In this document: piece after piece, positions 1 to 12,676 of the stretch
Layout of the letters: every line of letters begins with the position of its first letter
Position numbering within the stretch: position 1 is the stretch's first letter
NCBI GenBank assembly: GCA_013115145.1
Contig: JAAPAO010000023.1
Span: 1 to 64,000, forward strand
Source: Perkinsus chesapeaki ATCC PRA-425
Lineage: Eukaryota > Protista > Perkinsozoa
DNA: 64,000 bases
Direction of reading: 5' to 3'
Translations under genes and position numbers: made by a program
Notes under the pieces: model-generated
What the model was told of the DNA's origin: nothing
Databases searched by the model: none
What the model saw: only the letters and a program-made list of their open reading frames with translations

Positions 1-2
1 CA

Positions 3-1028
3 AGTCTTATTACAGTAGTTGATCTAATACGTGAAGGTAGAGCATGTCTCGCTACTAATCTTGCTACATACTCTTTTTTCATTGTCTATGCGTTTACTCT
101 TACTATTGGTCGACTGGCCATTACCATTATCGGTAACTTCAATGTCAGTGAGTGGGTCTATATCATGAACGATATCGTATTAGGTGTCGGTATGTCATGG
201 ACTATGACCCTTTCTGGCCCCTCCAAGCAACTTGCTCCTTATCGGCCAACTGCCTCCCTTATTGGTTGGCGTACTATCCTATCTTGTATGATTCCCATCT
301 TGATTTCTTATATATGTCAGGCAGCCGCTTTGATTATGTTAAGGCTTCCTGCCTACTCTGATTGGTATTATTATGTTAACACCTTAGACCTAGCGGTACT
401 GCCACGTGATTGGATGAAAAAAGGAGACAACTACGACACAGCTGCCCTCACACTAGTACTTATGTTGCTCCTAGCGACCCATGCGTTCTCCGTTACCTTC
501 GGCGGGGCTTTTCGCAGGAGCATTTTCCGAAATTGGAGTGTAGTTCTGTTCTACGTTCTCTTCCTTATCTTCGGCTATTTCCTAGTTTGGACCCCTCCGA
601 CCACATTCTCGTGCATCTATCGCATGAACTGCGACACTGGAGCTTCTTTGGACACGGCTGGCATACCCGTTATCAGCCAGTACTCTGTCGGAAGTATCGG
701 TGGTTGTTTTCTAGGTCCCCAGATTCACCGCTATCAGCAGCTAGGGTATCCTAACTGGACCCCATCGCCTGTGGACCATTGCAGGCCTCCTGCTGCTGCA
801 TTAGCCCAGCTACCGTGGGACAGTCCTGAGATATCCACCCTGGGTTACGATGGTCCAAATAATGTATTCTCGACAAGCTATGCTGTCGCCTTTACGATCC
901 TAACCGCCAGTTGTATAGCTTCTATGCTTTTGTGGGTCAAAGTGGGGCTACTGGGATGGGTATCTTCTTGGATTAGACGTAACATTCACAAAACTTTACA
1001 CAGCCAACTTGAAGACGCTAGTCCGTAG
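3..1028 (+). CDS. P5-type cation-transporting ATPase (ATP13A-like), C-terminal part; 5' end lies outside the window
   Basis: Frame is open from base 3 and reads DLIREGRACLATNLATYSFF (the P5 'LIREGRA' motif after the P-domain), followed by several TM segments to the stop at 1028. Confidence 0.75.
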   Translation, partial: SLITVVDLIREGRACLATNLATYSFFIVYAFTLTIGRLAITIIGNFNVSEWVYIMNDIVLGVGMSWTMTLSGPSKQLAPYRPTASLIGWRTILSCMIPILISYICQAAALIMLRLPAYSDWYYYVNTLDLAVLPRDWMKKGDNYDTAALTLVLMLLLATHAFSVTFGGAFRRSIFRNWSVVLFYVLFLIFGYFLVWTPPTTFSCIYRMNCDTGASLDTAGIPVISQYSVGSIGGCFLGPQIHRYQQLGYPNWTPSPVDHCRPPAAALAQLPWDSPEISTLGYDGPNNVFSTSYAVAFTILTASCIASMLLWVKVGLLGWVSSWIRRNIHKTLHSQLEDASP

Positions 1029-2026
1029 GTGCTACTTGAAACCATACGGCTTATCCTCCGTTAACTGATTCCCTATCATGTTTTCAAATGTCAAGGCTCA
1101 TGCCTCTATGTCTTTCATACCAGTCGGTGACTGGGATTTTTCAGCTCCACATTAGACCACTTCAGTTGGTTCGTAACTGCGTTGAGCAATTCTGTTCCCA
1201 TCACCAGTTCGCTGCGGTTGAGTTGTTCACGGGAGGTCCCTTTACAGAGCAGTTCGCATTACCGGGGTGCTTCCGAAGTAACCTCCTTGGTATCTTTAGG
1301 GGTGCATCGCTCCAGTGAATCTTCGTCCTATTGCAGGCGTGTGTTTCCCTTCAATGGCGGCAACTGCTATCCAAATCGACGAGCCTTTTGACCTTATCAG
1401 GCTCTCTCTAGATGAGCGGATACAGGTCAAGTGTCGAGGGGACAGATATCTCAGGTGATGCTGCTCGGGAATCCATGCGGGGAGTGATATAGTGTCTCAT
1501 GATCAGCGTGATGTAGTAATATTAATCTCTCCAGTCATCATAACGTGTGTTCAATTCGCGCCTTACGGTATCATAAATAGTGGACTCGTAAGTAGCATCA
1601 CCGCATAATCGTAAAACTGGTTCGCAGAGCAAGCTCTGTTCCTTTCGGTTGCTGCGAGAATCACTTTACGCGACAGGCAGTTGGGTAAGCATACTTCACG
1701 GACTTCCGATGAGCCATTTCCGAATAACTCGAACCTGTCTTGGTCATGTTTTTTGATCGGTTTGTATAACACTCTGTATAGACTGGCAACTCTGTGATAG
1801 GAAGATACATAATGGGAGAATGCGCCAAGATGACAATAATTTCTGTAGGTCTCGCTTTAATCCAGGGTTAAGGTTTCAAAATCATGAACACTGTATCACA
1901 ATGTTCATTGTGACCTTCCTACCGTTTACCGTGACTACGCGTAACTCATGAATGATTCTGATCACAATGATTGTGATTGAAATACGACAAATGATACGAT
2001 ATATATACATCGTTACAACTGGCCCC

Positions 2027-2403
2027 CGCCTATCCCTCGATGAGTAGCATCCAGATGCATCCGAACTACCGTAGATTGCCTGCTGCTTTTGACTCTGTGT
2101 TGTCCGTTATTGTTGTTCAGTATTGCTTTTAGGGGTCGCTTGGTAGCCTATGATTCTCATCTCAATATGGTGCTCAGTGAGGTTGAAGAAGTAGTTGAGC
2201 CCACAGTTAGGGAAGGGGTAGGCTACCGCATACTTTCTCGTTCGCCACGAACCTCTCAGGAGAAGCAACCGAGGCCTGTTCGCCGCGAGCTGGATACTAT
2301 TTTTGTAGCCGCCCGTAGTGTTTAGAATTGCCCTACCGATATTAACACTTCAGGTCCGCGGTGATGGAATCATTCTCATCAATCCTCCCCCAGCCAAACG
2401 TTA
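2027..2403 (+). pseudogene. LSM3: LSm3-like Sm-fold protein, apparently 5'-truncated
   Basis: Exons read RLSLDE / GRLVAYDSHLNMVLSEVEE / RRELDTIF / VRGDGIILINPP*, matching the Sm1 and Sm2 motifs of LSm3. No start codon or 'RIYVK..DREL' segment was found. Confidence 0.65.
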
Positions 2404-3269
2404 GAGTATCAAGGCTTCCTATATCTCTGTTATCTCCGTGCTGAGTCGCGTTGACATCAATTCAATGTGTAGTGCAGTCGTCTCCGCCTCCTTCTTGGTT
2501 TATATTCAATACATATGCTTGACTGCTTAACTGAACCTGACCAGCGACCAAGAGCCAATCCTGATCGGGTACTGAGGAGCGACTTAGGCGCTGTGGTGAG
2601 CTGGTTCCATAGAGTGGGCGGATCGGCAAAGGTTTGCGGTGTCAGGGCGGGTCATCAGTTCACCGAAATGATTGGGTGAAGCCATCAACAACTGCAACGG
2701 ATACTGCTCACAAGACGGCTCCAAGGAAGTTACCGAAAACTGAGCAGCGTGTCACAGGCGAGGCTCGTGGAGTACGTCGAGCACTGCCAGACGAGGACAG
2801 AGAAAATGAGGGAGAACGCGCTAAGCTTCGGCGTACACGGTGGGTCAAATATTAATTCGTGGGGGGAGAGAAACGGTGCCATGATATCAAGTTGCGCGAG
2901 AGCCGGCTCGTCGGGGTAGATTAACATGGCATTCAGCTCTTACACACTTTTTCGGGCGAATCGGGTGAGATCACTATTTCCCGATAAAGTTATAACTCGA
3001 GAACTAGCAGTGAACTTCTCCTCTGGGAGCTCATTCAGCTCAGGGGTATGCCGAAAACGGTTGAGATGGGTCAGAACAATTGGGCTTGCTCGTAATACGA
3101 TCACTTTTCTCCAACTGAGAGGCTGCTTACAACGCGGAGCGAAAGGTTTAAACGTTGTAGCTTAGTTTAACGTGAACTCATCTTAACGTGAATTTTTCAA
3201 TCTCGGCTTGTCCTATGAGCGCATCCGCACTGTACCAGCTGGGATATGCTCGCAATGTGCCTTACACCA

Positions 3270-3470
3270 CTGTGATTTAATAAACTATATGATATATAGA
3301 TAAATATCATTAATAATGGTAATATTTAATATATTGTAAATCTATATAATTTATATTATAAATATATTATCATAAGATATATCAGTATTGATGTATAATG
3401 AATATATTATTTATATTCATAGGGTATTATTAGTAGTAATATTATAGATAGTAATAACTAGTAATAGGGG
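3270..3470. repeat. AT-rich low-complexity tract
   Basis: About 200 bp almost entirely A/T (tatatataga/taatatt-type) within otherwise mixed-composition DNA. Confidence 0.8.
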
Positions 3471-3523
3471 TGTACTGGTACGAGCCATCCAGTGGTATCT
3501 GTAAGCTTGAAACATATACATGA

Positions 3524-4450
3524 ATCATTCACAGTAATACTAGTGGCCGAAATTCCTCGCCGTTTGTTCTGAGGAACTTGGGTATTCAAAAAATTATCAG
3601 GTTGTCATGGCTTGGCCGAGTGGGACATAAAGTTCATCCTTGCCACGGTATCATAGCAGACTTCCTTGAACCCATATTCAATGGTTATGACGCATCTGCA
3701 TCGCATCGAGTCCAGCTGCCGACAGAAGGCTACCCGGTCGGGGTGCCATTCCGGGCTTGGACGATCGATTGCAGCTCAGGGGAGGGATTGTCAATATGTG
3801 CGGGCAAATCCGACATCGCACTTGTCAACGGAGAATGGGTTAAACTCGTCGAGGGTTCTACAATCTTCAGCGCGGCCGTGAGCCCCGATTCAACACGCAG
3901 AGTGTTGAGTACTCATTGCGATGGGAGTGTCAGGATCAACGGCAAGGTTATTATCCATCTGGATGGCTCTGGCCAGTTAGCAGCGAGATGGGTCGACGAG
4001 TCTCGAATAGTGGCCGTTTCGTCTCAAGAAGGGAAGTGCTACCTTGTCGAGGGGGCGTCTGGGAGGGTACTCGGGTCTTGGGGAGACTTCTTTTATCCAT
4101 CTGATGTCGCTGTTATCCATGGACGAGACGTATTATTGGTGGCGGACACCCTCAACCGTCGAGTAGTTGAGATCACTCCAATGGCCAACAGCACGAGAGT
4201 TGTTCTCGACGGCATGTATGCGCGAGGGATCTGTGTGAACCAGGAGACGGGCCATATATTGGTCTCTGATGGGCTGACAGGATCAGTCCGGATATTTGCC
4301 AGCGACTACAGTGAAGTTACTTCAATGCGGATAGCACTTCCGGAAGCTTCTTCATCGCTTCGTGGTATAGCAGTTTCAGAAGGGAAGCATCTTTATGTCT
4401 GCGATAGCGGCTCCCTGTGCGTCTGGCGTTTTCCCCAAGCCTGGCTTTAG
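3524..4450 (+). CDS. NHL-repeat / beta-propeller protein (start codon not identified)
   Basis: Intronless frame open 3524-4450 with NHL-like motifs FFYPSDVAV..LLVADTLNRRV, ARGICVN..ILVSD and LRGIAVS..LYVCDSG. No in-frame ATG at the 5' end. Confidence 0.7.
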   Translation: MIHSNTSGRNSSPFVLRNLGIQKIIRLSWLGRVGHKVHPCHGIIADFLEPIFNGYDASASHRVQLPTEGYPVGVPFRAWTIDCSSGEGLSICAGKSDIALVNGEWVKLVEGSTIFSAAVSPDSTRRVLSTHCDGSVRINGKVIIHLDGSGQLAARWVDESRIVAVSSQEGKCYLVEGASGRVLGSWGDFFYPSDVAVIHGRDVLLVADTLNRRVVEITPMANSTRVVLDGMYARGICVNQETGHILVSDGLTGSVRIFASDYSEVTSMRIALPEASSSLRGIAVSEGKHLYVCDSGSLCVWRFPQAWL

Positions 4451-5349
4451 TATTCAATCTTATTCAGCTACTGGTCATCAGCTGGACCAGCCTATCGCAT
4501 TGAAGGCTCTCTTCAAAATAAAGAGAATACAGTATATCAGTTGTATATCTCCTACTGACCGATTCACTAGTTTTCTATTAGAGTAAATCTCCACTGCACA
4601 TCGTCGTCATCAGAACACCTGGTCGGAAGCATTGATGTATCCAGCAAACTACATATTATGCTGCACTGTATATTAGTAGGGTTGTTACCTTGAAAGCACA
4701 GTGGCCTGCTATCCTCTGCCCTGCCGGTACCTGATGATGTAAATTCATTATTCAATCTCCGTGGAGCGATCGCTCACATGTGTATCCACTCGACATGGAT
4801 GTGGTTCATTCAGTCACTGTCGGGAGTGTTACTGGTGTTTTTTAATCTAGCCGTTATTCCGGGGAAACCGTCAACGCTGCTGCCCAGACGAGAACAGCTG
4901 CATCTGATAACATAGGAGTTCCGATATGAGTGTCTTTAAGTCTGATGATGAGTCATCTGATGATGAGTTCATGACTACCTTCACAGCACAGGTGGGACCC
5001 ATACCCATCCGCTGTACCACTATACACCTGCGTCGCTCCGCCCGTATAACACGATTTGCGTGTGCAGGTTGTCGACCGTTGTCGCAGAACAGCGGAGATG
5101 AGCGAATCATCAACTCCTGAATCCATTGGAGGGGCGCCTAGTGGTGACAGACAGCGCGGTGGGGCTCCAGGTCTTCCCACGCACTCGAGAGGTGAATCCT
5201 CGATCCAGTAAGACCCGATTCACAGCGAATCCTTATTGAACCCTTGTGAACTTCAAACTTTTTACTGGTTGAGCTTTTAGCGATCATTTGATAGCTCTTT
5301 GTCAGAGATCAGCAGACATGTTGTAGCCGGGGCGAGGGAGATAGTGCGA

Positions 5350-7340
5350 TGAGTAGTCCGAGACTTTTGCGAGAGGAGGCGGGAAATCCCAAAATCAACC
5401 TAGTACTCAGACCACTTGCAGGAGTCGAGATCCGGCTCGTCAAAGCTGTCGGATACGAACCTCAAAGTTGAAGCTACCTACAGTAGGACCGAAGCGCCAC
5501 CCATACGCTTATTCAAGCCTAGGCGGGCAACCGACGAGCGAGAAGCAGAGTCCTTCAGCCAGCGAAAGGTGTGAAGGTGAATTCCCAGCAAGAACTGACA
5601 ACGGCTCCCGCGATTCGGCATATTCCGGGTGTGGCAAGGAAGCAGTTCCCTCCTGCACCTCCAGAACTATACGGATGCCTGAACTTCAGATTCGAAAACA
5701 GCATCATGTTTCAACAGGAATCCCGGATACTCGAGCTCACGGAGGAGAGGGATAATGCACGCAGGTGGCAGAATCTGGGGCGTTTCGACAGACTCCTTGC
5801 ACGTGTTTTGCTCGGAGGCAGAATGTTTCAAGCTAAAAACATCCCTCTTGGCCTCAATGCATCCCGGAAGCAAGTTCGATCCAATGTCGATAACACTATA
5901 GCCACTGCAGATACTTGAAAGCTTCGAGAAACTCGAATAAGCGACTCGTAGAACAGGCAGCGTCACTGAAGCAGCTCACAGAATCTCTCCGGTACGATTT
6001 GGAGATGGCTCGGGCCGAGAGCAGCAAAGCATCGAGACAAGCCGCCGAGGTGACTTTCATATTGCAGATTACTTACCTGAGGAATCCTTATAGAATATGG
6101 TTCTCCGAGAGCAACTAAGCGCATCCCAGGAACAACTCCTGAGCTCCCAAAGTGCGGCTAGACGTCTGTCTGTTGCCGAGAAAGAGTTGAGCACATGGCG
6201 GCAAGCAGCGAGTGTACGTGATAGGTCTGCCGAATAACATCACGGACTTTCGCAAGCTGGATTATCAAACAAGTGGACCAATCTTCCCGCTCCTTTGCCG
6301 ATGTCGGCCGACTGCGGCGCCGCGTAGTCTCCTCGCTGTTATCTGCACGATTCGTGCGACACGAACACTCAGGAGCTCCGTGAGGCGTTGACATGCAGGT
6401 CGGAGGAGTGCGCGCGGCTCCGGGCTGAGCTCCGCTCAATTGCGAAGTAGCACGGTCCACTCGGAAATTTCTCACAACTATTCGTCAGAGAGCGCGATGC
6501 AGCAAAATTCGAGCTCGTCGAATGCGAAAGAGCGCGTGAGGAGGATAAAAACAAGACTTACCATACGAAGTAAGATGTCGATAACGAGCCTCGGTCGACT
6601 GCACTTTGAAGAGGGTTTGCAGGCGGTTGGAGCAGAAGCTAGCGAGCGAGATGTCCGTGATACGGCGGAGAGACACCGATTGCGAATTGCTCAGGAGAAC
6701 CAGGGCACACCAAGACCATGGGAATAGAAGCAGGTAAGCACAACGGATATGCTCTACACCGTAGAATCTACTGTAAACCCTCACTGGTATAGAGACCGTT
6801 GGGGTACCCTATCAGAAATGACAAGTAGCGAAGCTACTTTCAATGGTCAGAGGCAGCTGAAACATGTAGGATTATCCATCCACCGTGCAGAATTCAGCCA
6901 TGCTTATCTTAGAAACCGAAAGGTCATCACCATATAGATCATTCCGATTTATTCAATGCAATAGTAGACTTCTCGGAACGCAAGGTTGATGTTGAGAGAT
7001 TGGTGGAGGCTCGAGCCCGAATCGAAACATCCGGATCAGGTGAGTGACTCTCATCCCGGGCTAACATAATGCGAATCCTACTGTAGTGGTAATATGGCTA
7101 CATTACCATTCCCGAACTCAGACACTGGGGCATTAAGCTATAAGATCCTCGAGGCAGAAGCGGAACTGGAATTGGCTGAAGGAGTTTTGAATATAGTGCA
7201 GCTGAACGCAAGCCACAATGAAGTATTCGAACCGACCGGAGGATCTGCTCAGCCTCATGCAAGGTCTCTTCACTTTCGCGGTCTCTCATGGCTCATCTAC
7301 TAACATCAGAAATGGCAGAAAGATGCCATCCTCGAGTGAT
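5350..7340 (+). CDS. multi-exon coiled-coil hypothetical protein
   Basis: Successive GT-AG-bounded exons with heptad-like E/R/L/Q-rich sequence (ESRILELTEERDNARR; LKQLTESLRYDLEMARAE; VLREQLSASQEQLL; EECARLRAELRSI). Ends are approximate. Confidence 0.5.
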
Positions 7341-7549
7341 TCAGACTATACGGCACACCGTTCGCAGAATGTGAGATGGAGCACAAGTTGAATGACGCTT
7401 CAGCTTCTACTCAATCCCGTCAATGATTCACAGGTCGCAATATCAAGCCCCGCCGACTAACGCTGGCCCATGAGATGTGAAAATTTCCTTGTCCACAAGC
7501 GCAATGTGTTGCCTTCGCTCGATTTACTTTGTTGCAGTTTTATATGAAA

Positions 7550-9008
7550 TGCTTCGGTTCGGCCGAATTCTTCGCAAGCAGACGTTATTAGGGAAGCATC
7601 AACGGCGCGTGCACGGGGCTTACGTGAGTCCAGCGTGCTGGGTCCCAACGGGATGCCTGATTTCGTCAGGTAGAGTCTTCATTCCATCATGGCGACATTG
7701 ACCCTCTCAAACCAAAGTTTCAGTGGGTCGCGGAGCCTTTTAAACCGAAGTGAGCCTAAAATCGGCTCTTGGATATCACTACATGAATCAACAGGAATAT
7801 GCCGACCGTGTCACCCGCCGCCAAGCCTCACACGAGCCTCAAAGCGATCACTCATGATGATGTGGAAGGGAAAGGCCGGTGGGCGGCTGGATTACTTGGA
7901 CCCTAAATGAATGTTCACTTGTGATGCAGGTTCCATATTATTGATGCCTCAGGCCTGTCTATTGGACGACTGTCTCAGTTTATTGTGCGCCTGCTCACGG
8001 TAACTTCATGAGCCATCTTTTTGTCTACTTAAGTTCTCAGGGGAAATATCGAGTGGATTATCGTTGTATGGATAACAATAGATCTGATAGCGTGATAGTT
8101 GTTAATGCGATCCATGCACGGTTTGTTGGACATACGTGGGACACTAAGATATACCGGAGTTGGCGGACACGGAAGCGTAAGTTCGTTTCTCGGTTAGTGT
8201 ATTCAGAATAGATTATAATATTATTCTTTTCCATGGGACTCACGCTGACGCCAACCATCTTGTCTACGCATTTAATTGTCTCCAGATGATCCTCTTGGAG
8301 CCAAGATTGTCACAGCAAAGCATTTGATGTTTCACAATCCCGCATTGCCGGTAGTTTCCTGCCTGCCCTGGTTCAACAGACATTAAAATTTCAGCTGAAC
8401 CTCTGCATCAGACGGATGTTACCAAGTACGCTCATACGTACAGTAATGACGAGAAGGCTGTTCATCTACCCCGGCGCCATTCATCCTCATTGGAATATTC
8501 CTCAGGTAAGATTCATTCACTTCAACTATGTTAGACTGATTAGACCATCAATTTGGCAGTTCTTATCATGCTTTATAATTTATGCACCTTTTTGCATTTC
8601 CCGTAACGCAGTGAAAACCAGTGTGACTCGATTATAGTCTTCGCTTCAGCTGAGAAAGTATCGGCAAATTAGCTGGAGTCTAGCTTGATGGTTAGTGTAG
8701 GTAGTTGTTCCACGTCCACCGCCACCTCCAGTTTCGGATCCTGTCTTCACTGTAACGAGACCGCTGAACGATGTAAGTTGTCAAAAAGATCCATATTTTT
8801 CCAAACGCTCGTGTGTTATCTCAGTCTTCGGCGAGCGTGAGGGAAAGAAGGGCGAGAGGCAAGCAGACAAGTAAGCAGTTGATGATGGTATTGAAGATTA
8901 TCGTCGATGTGTCCTTTAGAACTTTTGCAAGCTGCGCAGTCCAGTCGTTCCAGAAAGAATGCCGCGACAAAACGAAAAGCTGATTTGAAGGCCGCTTCAG
9001 CATCATAG
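7550..9008 (+). CDS. MRPL13: mitochondrial ribosomal protein uL13m (multi-exon)
   Basis: Basic transit-like N-terminus [20 protein letters not shown]. Exons [49 protein letters not shown] and CIRRMLP...[13 protein letters not shown] match uL13 motifs. The last exons were inferred from GT-AG sites. Confidence 0.75.
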
Positions 9009-10115
9009 GCGTGACTGCTTCACATGTCCACTCGTTGTGTTGTTTCTGAAATATATATTTTCTGTGTTGTTACGAATTTGCCGGTCAGGCAATCCCGAAC
9101 AATCGCCCAGAGACGCCAGAACATGCGAACGGCGGCATCTTCATTCACAATATCACGACTTCCCACAAACACAACCCCTGGGCTCAAACTCGACGAGGGA
9201 GCTGATGACGGCGTAAACAGCGTAGTTACAGTCAGGGGTACTTGAAGACCATACAGTAACCTGTTTATCACGTAGCGTAACCATTACAGTATTTCTGCTT
9301 GTTATATCTTACTCTAGTCTGACGAGGGGTGAAGGGTCTTGGTCTCGCCTAGGCCCTCTTGTTGTGCTCATGCTGAGTTCCTTTCCTCGAGAAATTGCTG
9401 CTGGGCTCATGCACGGCTCGCCGTTGCGGGAAGACAGCCATTTGCTAGCAGTACCATACAGTACGGCCACCATACAGTACCATACATACTATAGTACGGC
9501 CACCGTGCTCAGCAGTAGGCCGTGCAATCCAGCTAGGCAATATAGTGAAGATCCAGACTCGACGAAACTAAGATGCTTCAGATTCTATTATTTTCTAAGT
9601 TGTGCAGTGCAATACCAGAAACGTGTTTAAAGTTTACACCGTGTACTTTCTACGCAGCGTTTTCTCGTGGGCTACCGTCGCAGCAGCGGTCGGACTCTAT
9701 TCGTGTGGTACACAACTCAAGTCACCTTTTCTGATGATACTTCCATTTAACTAACAGCCAGCTGCATTCGATCCTAAAGATCGGAGTGTAGGTCTGAACT
9801 GTGATCTGCTTCTATCGTCTATCATGTGCAGAACAAGTAAGCGACAACATAACAAGAACCTCGTTATTGCAATTTAGAGATAGCAAGAAAAATTGAGCTG
9901 GATCAATAGTTGGTCGTCAACTAGATCCGGAATTATTTACATGTGACTGGGCGACTAGGCATATCATAACAAGACTTGTGACTCACGAATTGTGAATCGT
10001 AATTGACTTGGGCAATATGCCTTAAGTCTGCTAGGGCTGTTGGGAGGTACCATAGCTAATGTTAGTACAAAATCTTCTACAGCAAAAGACTCGGGACCAG
10101 CTACCGACATGCACT

Positions 10116-10928
10116 CTAGAGAGGCGCAGCTGAGGCATCTGGCTCTTCCGTGGTCTCCTCTGGGAACGGCTCCTCCGTGGTCTCCTCTGGGAACGGCTCC
10201 TCCGTGGTCTCCTCTGGGAACGGCTCCTCTGGGTACGGCTCCTCTGGGTACGGCTCCTCTGGGAACGGCTCCTCTGGGTACGGCTCCTCTGGGAACGGCT
10301 CCTCTGGGAACGGCTCGACCGGAGGGGCAGCAGTTGGGAACGACGGAACCGGAATTACTGGAATGTTGGGAAACGGCCCAGGCCCTCCGGGGGAGATCGG
10401 TTCGACGGGCGGGTTGATAGCTGGCTCTCTGGTCGGCGTCGATGCAGGGGTCGTGGGTGCCCCTGGTGTAGGCTCGGTAGTCGGCTTGGGCGCAGGCTCG
10501 GTAGTCGGCTTGGGCGCAGGCTCGGTAGTCGGCTTGGGCGTAGGTTTGGCAGTGGGTCTGGGCGTAGGCCTTGGTGTTGGTCTGGGCGTAGGCCTTCGGG
10601 CAGGAGTTGGTCTTGGCCTTGGAGCCGGTCTCGGCCTTGGAGCCGGTCTCGGCCTTGGAGCCGGTCTCGGCCTTGGAGCCGGTCTCGGCCTTGGAGCCGG
10701 TCTCGGTCTTGGCCTAGCACGCTTGTTTACGGCAGCGGCTAGTGGATCAACTCGGCCAGCCTCAAAGTCGCCACCTTGAGCTTCCGGGTCCAGCTCATCC
10801 AAGTGACTTAGCAGATTACCGAGCACTTTAGATTGTGCAGGCGCATCTGCGTCCTCTACCAGCGGCTCAAGGGCTCGGACGTACACCGAGAGGGCAAAGC
10901 TCCCCAGCAGATAACCGTTGAAGCGCAT
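10116..10928 (-). CDS. secreted Pro-rich repeat (mucin/surface-like) protein, 270 aa
   Basis: Signal-peptide-like [19 protein letters not shown], then [20 protein letters not shown] and EETTEEPFP tandem repeats. Intronless. Confidence 0.85.
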   Translation of the reverse strand: MRFNGYLLGSFALSVYVRALEPLVEDADAPAQSKVLGNLLSHLDELDPEAQGGDFEAGRVDPLAAAVNKRARPRPRPAPRPRPAPRPRPAPRPRPAPRPRPAPRPRPTPARRPTPRPTPRPTPRPTAKPTPKPTTEPAPKPTTEPAPKPTTEPTPGAPTTPASTPTREPAINPPVEPISPGGPGPFPNIPVIPVPSFPTAAPPVEPFPEEPFPEEPYPEEPFPEEPYPEEPYPEEPFPEETTEEPFPEETTEEPFPEETTEEPDASAAPL

Positions 10929-11701
10929 TCTTTGAGAGAAAAAACTGCGAAAATCGAACAGCCAAATTGCGAGTTGTTATTTTGTTGTTCGGCTTTTATT
11001 CCTGATCCTCCTTCCGGCGGTAGTAGCTAGAGTCCTTCGGGTTTAGCTGAAGAATGGTACGCTAAGGATGTACCGATGGTGGAGCTCTTATCGAGAATCT
11101 CGATTCGAGATCAAAACACACATCCTTTGGTGCAAACCTAACAATCAGGGTCTTGGACGAAGGAGAAGAATCCAAGGGTCAGCTTAATACTATCCAGAAA
11201 CAGTATCAGACACGAAATACTCGCACCTTTTACAGTGAGCTTCTTAAAAGCCTGGAAATGGAGTATCAAAGACGCCGAAGATCATCCTAGTGAAACCCCC
11301 TTATCCAAGTTGGATTTTCCGCCCGCAACAAAGCGATTGGCGAGCGCCTCTCAGCATGCACCAGTGTTTAGAATGCATCAAACTGATGCATGTCCAGAAG
11401 GAATGTATCAAGATTCTAGAGCTCAGGAAGGTATAGCTATCAGCAAGAAAATGGAGCTCTCGCATCACAAGGACACGTACATAGGAGAAAAGCAGCGCAA
11501 ATCCGCGTCTCAAGCTAAGCCCGGAGCACAGGGTGCGAGCCAGCCGACACACTCTGGCTGAAATGGAAGAGTCTCTCTCGAGGGGAAATAAACTGATAAG
11601 GACGACGGATGATTCTAGTAGCCCTCTCGGTGCTTACAGTGTGCCACGGAACATGCTTCAACTTGCGCGGTATGATACGGCTTTTATCCAACTGCAGTAT
11701 A

Positions 11702-11740
11702 GCCAAATCCGTACGCGTAACTTACGCGTACGGATTTGGC
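11702..11740. repeat. perfect palindrome, 19-bp arms with 1-nt spacer
   Basis: gccaaatccgtacgcgtaa-c-ttacgcgtacggatttggc. Confidence 0.95.
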
Positions 11741-12676
11741 GGATGCACTGAACCGCACTAAACTCTCGCTCTGAAGCTGCACATAGAATGGATAGTCTAA
11801 CTAAGCCAATCTCGGCGTTGGACTATAAACTCACACACACACACACGCCGCACTGAAACACCGTAATGTTTGAGCCTTATGTTTTCCGATTTGATTCATT
11901 GAGGGGATTAGTTCGTGCCAATAAAAGTCGCATGATGAGACGCATTCGTTGACGTAGATTACATGACTAATCTTTTACGAGACTTGTACAGTAGTTCGGT
12001 TGTAGTTACGGTTCTGCCGCTAACTTCTTTCAACACTTACAGTTGAGCCGCGTAGCTAGGGTTGCTGGGCACTGTGATTCTCGACATACCGAGAGGTTCT
12101 TTCTGTACAGCTACAGCAGCGTTCATTACAGCAGGGTTGCTTTCGGACTACGTTCATTGTTTTTCCAGTCCATTTGCGTGTGGCCTGCTCCACAGACTAA
12201 GTTGAGGAACTCAGAAGTGCCGCGAGCCCCTCCACGGCGTTTTGCTAAGAGCTCGATCGCTCATTGACAACTCAATGCATGCTCGTTTATGAGACGATGT
12301 TACCCGCCGAGCAGACAAATGAGAATCAGAACACAAGTCCTAACTGTTGATGGCTGCCTGCGATATTACGACTATCATCATCAATGTCTACCATAATATT
12401 TGAAGCGAGACATATTAGCCGAAGAAGACGATGACACGACACACACCACCAACCATTATCCAGGCCGTGTTGAAACTTCCGACTCCTCTCGTATAGTGGT
12501 GGCCCTCCACTGGTGGATTTTGTGTCAAAAAATACAACTTAAATAAAGAAGATAGCTGTGATACAATAGACTAGAGTCTTAGGTACACCATAAAGTGAAA
12601 GATACCACTGAGGGTGCATACTTGTTATGCTAATTTTTGTAAAAACCCATGGGAGCAACTCAGCTTCACACGAAGC

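Noticed and set aside
1030-1800. Protein-like minus-strand frames (YDYAVMLLTSPL)
   Set aside because: Multiple stops and no coherent exon chain or family motif.
4567-5180. Kinase-like fragment (AVKVV..LKTLISELL) on the minus strand
   Set aside because: No HRD or DFG motifs follow, so it is too weak to call.
8297-8318. SL-like ATCTTGGCTCCAAG on the minus strand
   Set aside because: Lies in uL13m coding sequence (DPLGAKIV) and has an insertion relative to the SL; treated as chance.
8821-9006. Minus-strand ORF with a hydrophobic C-terminus
   Set aside because: Antisense to the inferred last exons of uL13m, which have clean GT-AG sites on the plus strand.
10040-10779. Long plus-strand Gly/Ser/Leu-repeat ORFs (10040-10417, 10150-10779) and the alternative minus frame 10355-10720
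   Set aside because: Shadow frames of the tandem repeats in the signal-peptide-bearing ORF 10116-10928.
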